A DNA stretch of 64,000 bases from an uncultured Acidobacteriota bacterium (GTDB lineage Bacteria > Acidobacteriota > Thermoanaerobaculia > Thermoanaerobaculales > Sulfomarinibacteraceae), in NCBI GenBank assembly GCA_963814875.1, contig CAWFFJ010000041.1:19062-83061 (forward strand), given 5' to 3'. Made by a program: the position numbers and the translations under genes. The notes under the pieces are model-generated. The model ran no database searches, was not told the origin of the DNA, and was given only the letters and a program-made list of their open reading frames with translations. Shown here piece after piece: positions 20,980-28,230 of the stretch (within the stretch, counting starts at the first letter, position 1; every line of letters starts with the position of its first letter).

Positions 20980-21161
20980 GAGGCTCTCCTTCGGGCGTCG
21001 CGCAGTCTCGAGTCCGCAGCCGGCAGCCCGTCGCGGCCGCTCGGCCGCGGCGGCGCACCCGGCGTGCGTGATCCGGGCAGCCCACCCTCCGCCGCGACGC
21101 TGTCGTCACGGAGAGTGCCTCTCGGAAGGACTGCAGGATAAACCAGAACCCGTGAAAGGCG

Positions 21162-21411
21162 AGCCTGCATTTCTCACCACATCACGTCGCGAGGGCGCCG
21201 AAATGGCTGTCAGCGCGGAGCAATCGAGCAGCGAGGCGCCGAGTCGGACACCCGCCGGGGGGTTGGAGGTTGGGAGGATGCGGGGGCGGCGGGTCTGTGA
21301 GGGGCGGGGGGTGGAAATGAGTACATACGTCGCAGGCGACGAGTTGTGAGAGGGCCCGCGCTGGCTGGCAGGTCGGCGCCCGCAGTAGGGAGGTGGTGAG
21401 ACGTGAAGGCT
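21162..21411. repeat. long palindromic repeat element, copy A (250 bp, with a G-rich central insertion)
   Basis: By eye, roughly 70-75% identical to both arms of 24717-24898. Shared blocks: AGCCTGCAT..., GCGAGGGCGCCGA, ACATACGTCGCAGGCG, GAGGGCCCGCG, CGCAGTAGGGAGG. Its own termini are inverted (AGCCTGCATTTCTCACCAC / GTGGTGAGACGTGAAGGCT). Confidence 0.8.
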
Positions 21412-21484
21412 AAGGGGCGCGGCTTCAGGCTGTGAGCCGGCTCTGCTAGGATTCGGCCCGCCACGCGTCTCAAGGAGGACTCTC

Positions 21485-22807
21485 ATGCACATCTGCGTCG
21501 TTGGCACCGGGTATGTCGGTCTCGTGACGGGCGCCTGCCTGGCCGACTTCGGCATGGACGTCACCTGCGTCGACAAAGACGCGAGCAAGATCGAGATGCT
21601 CCTCAAGGGCGAGATCCCGATCTACGAGCCCGGCCTCGACGCCCTGGTGGCGAAGAACGTGAAGCAGCACCGGCTGCACTTCACCACCGAGCTCGCGAGC
21701 TCGATCCAGAAGGCGTTGGCGGTCTTCATCGCGGTCGGCACCCCGCCACGCGAGGACGGCTCGGCGGACCTCTCCTACGTCATCGAGGTCGCCGACGCGA
21801 TCGCGGAGAATCTCAACGGCTACAAGGTGATCGTCACCAAGTCGACGGTTCCGATCGGGACCGGGCAGATGATCGAACGCATCCTCGGCGAGCGTACAGG
21901 AGGCAAGCACCCGTTTTCGGTCGTCTCCAACCCCGAGTTCCTGCGCGAAGGGTCGGCGATCGCCGACTTCATGCGTCCTGACCGGGTGGTCATCGGAGCT
22001 CGCGACCCTCAGGCGATCGCGATTATGAAGGACATCTACTCGCCGCTCTATCTGATCGAGACCCCGTTCGTGATCACCAACGTCGAGTCCTCCGAGCTCA
22101 TCAAGTACGCCTCCAACGCCTTCCTGGCGACCAAGATCACCTTCATCAACGAGGTCGCCGAGCTGTGTGAGCTGCTCGGCGCCGACGTCCACCACGTCGC
22201 CAAGGGGATGGGCCTCGACAACCGGATCGGTTCGAAGTTCCTCCACCCCGGACCCGGCTATGGCGGCTCGTGCTTCCCCAAGGACACCCAGGCGCTGACC
22301 GACATCGCACGCCAGGCCGGCCGCCCGTTCGACATCGTCGAGACCGTCGTGCGGGTCAACGACCGCGTCAAGCAGCGCTCGGTGGAGAAGGTCCGCGCCG
22401 CCCTCGGAGGTCCGGTCGAGGGCTCGACCGTGGCGATCCTGGGCCTGTCGTTCAAGCCCGAGACCGACGACATGCGCGACTCGCCTTCGATCCCGCTGAT
22501 TACCTCCCTGGTGGCGGAGGGAGCGACGGTGCGTGCCTTCGACCCGGCGGGGATGGCCAACGCCCGCGCGGTGCTGCCGAAGTCGGTGATCTACTGCGAG
22601 GACTCGTACCAGGTCGTCGAAGGCGCCGACATCGTGGTGATCGTGACCGAGTGGAACCAGTTCAGGTCGCTGGACCTCGGCAAGCTGCGCGAAGCGATGC
22701 GCCGGCCGGTCATGGTCGACCTGCGCAACGTCTACGATCCAGGCAAGATGCGCGAGGCCGGCTTCACCTACGACAGCGTCGGCCGCGCGGCGAAGGACCT
22801 GCCGTAG
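21485..22807 (+). CDS. ugd: UDP-glucose 6-dehydrogenase
   Basis: 440 aa. MHICVVGTGYVGLVTGACLA, catalytic region GGSCFPKDT. ATG preceded by AAGGAGG. Confidence 0.95.
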   Translation: MHICVVGTGYVGLVTGACLADFGMDVTCVDKDASKIEMLLKGEIPIYEPGLDALVAKNVKQHRLHFTTELASSIQKALAVFIAVGTPPREDGSADLSYVIEVADAIAENLNGYKVIVTKSTVPIGTGQMIERILGERTGGKHPFSVVSNPEFLREGSAIADFMRPDRVVIGARDPQAIAIMKDIYSPLYLIETPFVITNVESSELIKYASNAFLATKITFINEVAELCELLGADVHHVAKGMGLDNRIGSKFLHPGPGYGGSCFPKDTQALTDIARQAGRPFDIVETVVRVNDRVKQRSVEKVRAALGGPVEGSTVAILGLSFKPETDDMRDSPSIPLITSLVAEGATVRAFDPAGMANARAVLPKSVIYCEDSYQVVEGADIVVIVTEWNQFRSLDLGKLREAMRRPVMVDLRNVYDPGKMREAGFTYDSVGRAAKDLP

Positions 22808-23023
22808 GCGCGTCGCACGTCGTTTGAACAGCGAGGAAGTTGTTCCGACGATAGAGACCCCGGGGTCCGCGGCCTGCGGCCGCTGACCTCCCAGGGCGCC
22901 GCAGAGCCGTCCGAGCAGCGGCTGCTCGGTCGTCTCTTCGCCACCCTGCGCCGATCCGCTGACGCTGATCGCCGGGGTCACCCGAACCCGGAACACCCAA
23001 GCAGCTCCAGCGAAGGGACCCGC

Positions 23024-23034
23024 CCCGCCACCCC
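23024..23034. repeat. target-site duplication, left copy (CCCGCCACCCC)
   Basis: Identical 11-mer directly abuts both IS ends. Confidence 0.85.
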
Positions 23035-24401
23035 CATATGCGCTAACTTACCAATCGGCGGAGCCGAATGATGAGCGGCGTTTGCTGTTTGCGTCTGCGT
23101 CGTGGAGATTCGAAGAAGAAGCGGCGAGTTCGGCGCGACGCAGAGATCCACCGTGTGAGGCTGACCTCTCCTAGAAGGCCCGCGGAGATGGAGTCAGCGA
23201 GGATGCGCTGGATTCGCCAAAGCGAAGGGGGGCGTTCGTTCCAGTCGGAATCCCCAGGGGGAAAAGGCGAGGTAAGCCTCGGTGAGTTCCTCAAGGAGCA
23301 GAGCGGCAAGCAGCTTTGCGTAGATGTACGTTTGGATGAGACGGGGGTCCTTGGCAGGGAGCTCGCCCAGATCGAGCAAGCCCTTAAGGCGTTTGAAGAC
23401 GAGCTCGATCTGCCACCGCAGGCGATAGGTCTCCAGCACCTGGGCGGGCGCGAGCTGAGCCGAGGACAACGAGGTCAGGACGAGGAAGTAGCTCGCCGCT
23501 TCGAGGGTGCGGGGATCGGGCGTGCGGCACTTGCGGGAGCGCTCCTTGAGGGCTCTGGTTCGCGCAGCCTGCGCAGCTGGCTCGGTCTTGCGTACGGCCA
23601 CGAGGCGAGCCGGAAACGGGGTGACTCTGCCCTTGCCCTTGGGAGCCACCATCACGGAGAACTCACCAACCTCTCCCTCTGCGAGGCGCCGGAGGTTCTC
23701 CAAGAGGTGAAACTGAGTACCGTCGGGGCAGTCCAGCGGCACGTTCTGCCAGTTCATGCGGATCAAGAAGTCGCCACCGGAGGCAACCACGGCCGCCAGA
23801 CCCTTGCAGTGGGAGTAGCCCTGATCACCGACGACAACCTCGCCCGGGGCAATGCAGAAGCGCTTGAGAGTCTCGCCCCCCTTCACCGTTGTCAGCTCCA
23901 CGTGGTCAATGGCGAACCTCCTGAGATCGAAGCCCATATGAACGCGCCAGTCGGTGCCAGTGCTTCCAGGCTCAGACACAACGGTGGCATCGACGAGGCG
24001 CAGGTGCAGGTCTGTGCGGGTATCGGAGGCGGCCGCCGCCCTTTCTGCTAACTTTTCTCCAAGCAGCTGCCCGAGCCATCCGGAGGCGGCCCTCAACCTC
24101 TTGAGCAGGGCAACATCCGAGATAGACGCCACCCCGACAGTCTCCGCCCAGGCCGCAGTCTGTCGCAGCGACAAGCCGCAGCATGCATAAACCAGGGCCA
24201 GTCGAAGGAGATCAGAAGCCTCTGAAATACAGCGTCTTCGCCTCAGGGCACCACACGCCCTCGCACTCGCATTGAGGGCTTCATCCGATGGCAAGAACGA
24301 CAGCAAGAACGGCCACTGATGCTCAAGCGCAGTCTGGGTGTCCATGATGACACCGTAGTCCAGCCAACCAGAGGCGTCAAGCTGTTAAGTTAGCGCATAT
24401 G
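23035..24401 (-). mobile_element. IS4-family insertion sequence, apparently intact (1367 bp)
   Basis: Terminal inverted repeats CATATGCGCTAACTTA (23035-23050 and the reverse complement of 24386-24401), 16/16 identical. Flanked by a perfect 11-bp direct repeat CCCGCCACCCC (23024-23034 and 24402-24412). Single DDE transposase ORF. GC lower than the flanks. Confidence 0.9.
23194..24345 (-). CDS. IS4-family DDE transposase
   Basis: 383 aa. LVDATVV...GDQGYSH...YRLRWQIELVFKRLKGLLDL, the IS4-type Y-(2)-R-(3)-E-(6)-K region. Confidence 0.9.
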   Translation of the reverse strand: MDTQTALEHQWPFLLSFLPSDEALNASARACGALRRRRCISEASDLLRLALVYACCGLSLRQTAAWAETVGVASISDVALLKRLRAASGWLGQLLGEKLAERAAAASDTRTDLHLRLVDATVVSEPGSTGTDWRVHMGFDLRRFAIDHVELTTVKGGETLKRFCIAPGEVVVGDQGYSHCKGLAAVVASGGDFLIRMNWQNVPLDCPDGTQFHLLENLRRLAEGEVGEFSVMVAPKGKGRVTPFPARLVAVRKTEPAAQAARTRALKERSRKCRTPDPRTLEAASYFLVLTSLSSAQLAPAQVLETYRLRWQIELVFKRLKGLLDLGELPAKDPRLIQTYIYAKLLAALLLEELTEAYLAFSPWGFRLERTPPFALANPAHPR

Positions 24402-24412
24402 CCCGCCACCCC
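24402..24412. repeat. target-site duplication, right copy (CCCGCCACCCC)
   Basis: Identical 11-mer directly abuts both IS ends. Confidence 0.85.
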
Positions 24413-24716
24413 CCACCCACCACCCTCAGAGAGCCGCACATGGGGATCGCTTCGCGCTCCTCCCTGCGCGCCTCCCCGAGGGGTGCAGAAAGACAAAGAG
24501 TGTCATCGCAGGCTGCTTCGAGACGACTCTCGCAACCCCGCATCGACACCGACCATGGCGCAACCTGCCCGACAACCTCTCTGTCGCCACCCATCGCGCA
24601 CCGGCAAAGGCACTGGCGTGCGAAGAGCGACCCTAGATTTTCCTTCTCCGCCCCTCGGAGCGCCGTACATGGCGGAGCACCCGGGGCTCCGACCTGCACG
24701 GCGCTCCGAGGGTGGC

Positions 24717-24898
24717 AGCCTGCATGTCCCGCCACCTCCCGTTGCGAGGGCGCCGAGGCGCCTGCCATCGCGGAGCACTCGAGCGGCGAGCCGCCGAGGC
24801 GTATGTGCACATACGTCGCAGGCGCCTCGTCGCGAAGAGGGCCCGCGATAGCTGGTGCATCGGCGGCCGCAGTAGGGAGGCGGCGGGACATGCAGGCT
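24717..24898. repeat. long palindromic repeat element, copy B (182 bp)
   Basis: Termini AGCCTGCATGTCCCGCCACCTCCC and GGGAGGCGGCGGGACATGCAGGCT are 23/24 complementary. The exact centre is the perfect 16-bp palindrome CGTATGTGCACATACG (24800-24815). Internal complementary 12-mers at 24754-24765 and 24818-24829. Confidence 0.85.
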
Positions 24899-25098
24899 CG
24901 GGGGGCGGCGGGGCGGGACGAATCGCGCATCGCGGACCCCCAATCGAGAGGACGTTCGAGTCGGAACTTACGGGCCTTGCGAGGCCCCGGGCGGCCTGCG
25001 GAGCAGCACGCCTGGATCGCGGCTCCGGCCGCGATCTCCGGGGCCCGTGACCGCGACCCCGAAGGCCCAGTGATCACGTACCCGCTTGCACACAGCGC

Positions 25099-25104
25099 TA
25101 GACT
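25099..25104 (+). promoter_or_regulatory. -10-like TAGACT, 6 nt upstream of the S4-domain gene ATG
   Basis: GCGCTAGACTCGACGGATG. No Shine-Dalgarno sequence. Confidence 0.35.
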
Positions 25105-25110
25105 CGACGG

Positions 25111-25515
25111 ATGAGCGACGAGACCCCGGACGCGATGCGCCTCGACATCTGGTTGGACGTCGCCTGCCTCTGCAGGACCCGCTCGCAGGCCCAGACCGCC
25201 TGCAAGGCGGGCCGGGTGACGGTCAACGGCGACCGCGGGACGCCCCATCGCATGGTGCGACCCGGCGACGAGGTCCGCATCGGCCTGCCGGGCGGCCGCA
25301 CGCGCATCATCGAGGTCCGCGAGCTCGCCGCGGCCTCGGTCTCCAAGGCCCGCGCCCGCGAGCTCTACGAGGACCACACGCCGCCGCCGACTCCGGAGGA
25401 GATCGAGGCGCGGCGGATGCAGCGGCTCGCCCAGCCGCCGCGACGGCTGCCCGGGGCGGGCGCTCCGAAGAAGAAGGAACGCCGCGAGCTCCGCCGGATC
25501 AAGGAGGAGTGGTAG
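25111..25515 (+). CDS. S4 domain RNA-binding protein (Hsp15/HslR-like)
   Basis: 134 aa. MRLDIWLDVACLCRTRSQAQTACKAGRVTVNG is an S4 fold. Basic C-terminal tail. Confidence 0.8.
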   Translation: MSDETPDAMRLDIWLDVACLCRTRSQAQTACKAGRVTVNGDRGTPHRMVRPGDEVRIGLPGGRTRIIEVRELAAASVSKARARELYEDHTPPPTPEEIEARRMQRLAQPPRRLPGAGAPKKKERRELRRIKEEW

Positions 25516-25538
25516 CCGGCGCGCGCTACCATGGCCCG

Positions 25539-26279
25539 ATGCAGCCCCGCGCGGACTCCGAGGCGCTCGTCCTCGACAGCCTCCCGTACGCCGACCGTCA
25601 CCTTCTGCTCTCAGTCCTGACGGCCGAGCGTGGCGTGGTACGCGGGGTCGCGCGCGGGGCCCGGGGCGGCAAGACGCCGTCCGCGGCCGCAGCGCAAGTC
25701 CTTTCCCTGGTCCGGATTGAGATCTTCCAGGGTGCCCATGCGGAGCTCGCGACCTTTCGCCGCCTCGAGCTCATCGAGTCCTCGTACCCGCTCGCAGCCA
25801 CTCTCGAGCGCTTCGCTGCGGCTTCGGCGGTCGCCGAGCTCCTGTTCACCTTCTGCCCGCCCTACGAGCCAGCCGAGCGCGCGTTCCGGCTCGGCCGGAT
25901 GGTGCTCGCCGGACTCCTCGGCGGCGTACCCCCGGAGATTGCGGTAGCGTACACCGCCCAGTGGACGCTCGCGCTCGCCGGCTTGCTGCCGGCGCTCGAC
26001 GCCTGTGCCGCGTGCGGCGTCGGGCTTGAGGCACCCTTTGCCACACGACCTTCGGACGGCCATCCCGTGTGCGCTCGCTGCCAGCCGGTCGACGCCGGAC
26101 GTCTGGAGCGCACCGATCTCGGCTTCCTCGCTGTAGTGCGCCGGCGGACCCTCTCAGAGGTCGGTGACGCACTCCCTCCCGGGATCGGCGGGTGGCTCGA
26201 CCAGGTGGTCCATGCCGTCGCCGAGCGCCGGCTGCCGGCGCTCGACTTCTTCCGCGTTCACGGAGGCTGGCGTGGATGA
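25539..26279 (+). CDS. recO: DNA repair protein RecO
   Basis: In the frame of ORF 25086..26279. ATG 25539 gives MQPRADSEALVLDSLPYADRHLLLSVLTAERGVVRGVARGAR (OB fold), with a C-terminal Cys cluster (CAACG...CARC). Confidence 0.85.
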   Translation: MQPRADSEALVLDSLPYADRHLLLSVLTAERGVVRGVARGARGGKTPSAAAAQVLSLVRIEIFQGAHAELATFRRLELIESSYPLAATLERFAAASAVAELLFTFCPPYEPAERAFRLGRMVLAGLLGGVPPEIAVAYTAQWTLALAGLLPALDACAACGVGLEAPFATRPSDGHPVCARCQPVDAGRLERTDLGFLAVVRRRTLSEVGDALPPGIGGWLDQVVHAVAERRLPALDFFRVHGGWRG

Positions 26280-26970
26280 GCTCCATGTCGAGAACCTGGC
26301 GGAGGTCACACTGGTCACCATCCGCCGGCCGGTGCTGCACACGAAAGTCCTGGCTGCCCTCGAGCGCGTCGTGGAGGAGCTGGCGGCGAACCGACGCCCG
26401 TTGGTTCTTGCCTCCCAGCACCCGCGGATCTTCCTCGCCGGAGCGCACCTGGCCGAGATCGCCGCTCTCGACGCCGGTTCGAGTGCGGCCTACGCGCGCG
26501 CCGGCCGGCGTGTCCTCGCACGATTGGCCGCCCACCCGGGTCCGACGGTCGCCGCGGTCGACGGGGCGTGCTCGGGCGGTGGCTGGGACCTCGCTCAGGC
26601 CTGTGACCGCGTGGTCGCCGGACCGGGAGCGCGCTTCTCCCACCCCGGCGTCCGGCGCGGCCTGGTCACCGGCTGGGGAGGCACCTGGACGCTTCCCGCC
26701 GCGCTCGGCGCCGCCGCTGCTCGCGGCGCCATCCTCACCGGCCGCGAGCTTGACTCGAGCAACCTCGACTCCTCGGGATGGGTGCTCGTCGTCTCCGCTG
26801 AGGCGGTCTCGGCGGCCGCAGCCGAGGCCGTCCGCCTCGCCGGCCTCCACCCCGGTCGTCTCACGGCCTGGAGGTTGTTGCACGCCGGAGGTTTCGTTGA
26901 CAGGTTCCGCGGCGTCGTGGTACACACGGGGGGTACGCACGATCCCTCATCGGGGCGGGAGCCGTCATGA
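26272..26970 (+). CDS. enoyl-CoA hydratase/isomerase (crotonase) family protein
   Basis: In the frame of ORF 26164..26970. GTG 26272 follows GGAGG. FLAGAHLAEI...AAVDGACSGGGWDLAQACD...FSHPGVRRGL. Overlaps the recO end by 8 nt. Confidence 0.75.
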   Translation: MDELHVENLAEVTLVTIRRPVLHTKVLAALERVVEELAANRRPLVLASQHPRIFLAGAHLAEIAALDAGSSAAYARAGRRVLARLAAHPGPTVAAVDGACSGGGWDLAQACDRVVAGPGARFSHPGVRRGLVTGWGGTWTLPAALGAAAARGAILTGRELDSSNLDSSGWVLVVSAEAVSAAAAEAVRLAGLHPGRLTAWRLLHAGGFVDRFRGVVVHTGGTHDPSSGREPS

Positions 26971-28211
26971 GCAGCACCCTTCTTCTCGCCGACGACAGCC
27001 TCACGATCCAGAAGGTCGTCGAGCTGACCTTCGCGGATACAGACTTTGGGGTGGTGGCGGTTTCGAGCGGGGATGAGCTGCTGCGCCAGATCCCGCTGTG
27101 CCAGCCCGACGTCGTCATCTGCGACGTCATCATGCCCGGCAAGGACGGCTACCAGGTCTGCCAGGAGATCAAGTCCAACCCGGACTGGCTGCACATCCCG
27201 GTGATCCTGTTGACCGGCACGTTCGAGCCGTTCGATCGCGACCGCGCTCTGGGCGCCGGCTGCTCGGAAGTCATCACCAAACCGTTCGAGGCCCGCAAGC
27301 TGGTTGAGACGGTTGAGCGCCTGGTCCATTTGGCTGGGACGCCGTCCCGGGATGCAGACGATTCGATGATCGAAGGCAGCGTCACACCATCGTGGTCCGA
27401 CGCCGACCGAGCGTCTTCGGGCGGGTTTCAGCCGCTCGAGACGCCCGCGACCGAGGACGACTTCGACTTCGGCACGCGCCTGTCAATGCCGTCCCCGGAG
27501 ATCGAGCCGGTGTCACCAGTGCAGCCCACCCAGCCGCCATCGGACCTCGATGACGAGTGGGCGGCCGAGACCGTCGAGCTCGACCCCGCCGCAGCCGCCC
27601 CGCTCGACGAGCCCGTCCTCGTGCCGGATGACTTCCCCGAGGTCGAGGTCGCCGGCGAGGACCATCCCGCCCCCGAAGGCTACGAGACGACCGAGCTCGG
27701 CGCCGGCGACTTCGAGAACGGCTTCGGCGAAGTGATCGAAGGTGATGCCGAAGCCGCAGGGTCGTTCGAGCCCGAGGTCGAGGGTGTGCACGATCCCGAG
27801 ATCGAGCCCCTCGAGCCCGAGGTCGAGGTCGAGGCCGAGGGTATCGACCAGCCGAAGGTCGAGCCCTTCGCGGCCGAACCACCAGCTCCGCCTGCGCCTC
27901 GCCCTCCACTGGCCGTGGTCCGCCAGGACGCGGGAGCCGAGGAGCCTTTCACCGCCGACGACAGCGGCATCGGCGTCGGGCGAAGACCGGCGGCCGCCGC
28001 AGAGGCCGTAACCGTCGCCGATGCCCAGGTCACGCTGAGCGACGAGGATGTCGAGCGGATCGCCAGAAGAGTCCTCGAACTCTCCTCGGGCACACTCGAG
28101 CGCATCGCGTGGGAGGTGCTGCCCGACATGGCCGAGCTGGTCGTTCGCGAGCGCGTGCGCCAGCTCGAGGCGGCCATCGACACGGCCTCCCCTGCCGAAG
28201 ACTACCAGTGA
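26967..28211 (+). CDS. response regulator (REC) with a long acidic low-complexity linker and a small conserved-looking C-terminal helical domain
   Basis: 414 aa. REC: LLLADDSLTIQKVV...DVVICDVIMPGKDGYQVC...ITKPF. About 230 aa rich in D/E/P follow. Helical tail: VTLSDEDVERIARRVLELSSGTLERIAWEVLPDMAELVVRERV. ATGA overlap with the crotonase stop. Confidence 0.85.
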   Translation: MSSTLLLADDSLTIQKVVELTFADTDFGVVAVSSGDELLRQIPLCQPDVVICDVIMPGKDGYQVCQEIKSNPDWLHIPVILLTGTFEPFDRDRALGAGCSEVITKPFEARKLVETVERLVHLAGTPSRDADDSMIEGSVTPSWSDADRASSGGFQPLETPATEDDFDFGTRLSMPSPEIEPVSPVQPTQPPSDLDDEWAAETVELDPAAAAPLDEPVLVPDDFPEVEVAGEDHPAPEGYETTELGAGDFENGFGEVIEGDAEAAGSFEPEVEGVHDPEIEPLEPEVEVEAEGIDQPKVEPFAAEPPAPPAPRPPLAVVRQDAGAEEPFTADDSGIGVGRRPAAAAEAVTVADAQVTLSDEDVERIARRVLELSSGTLERIAWEVLPDMAELVVRERVRQLEAAIDTASPAEDYQ

Positions 28212-28230
28212 CAGGGCTCCGCCTGACCGC

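Noticed and set aside
22911-22929. Stem-loop CCGAGCAGC-G-GCTGCTCGG followed by TCGTCTCTTCG, as a possible ugd terminator.
   Set aside because: It lies about 100 nt after the stop, and several other GC palindromes (GACCCCGGGGTC, GCGGCC-TGC-GGCCGC) sit closer. I cannot tell which one, if any, terminates transcription, so it is not listed as a feature.
24385-25377. ORFs 24385..25377 (-), 24503..24943 (-) and 21106..21606 (-) encode similar peptides (...PPPYCGRR...ATYV...), which could suggest a small paralogous gene family.
   Set aside because: The similarity comes from the palindromic DNA repeat, which reads similarly on both strands. The peptides are Arg/Pro-rich, lack start context, and overlap each other.
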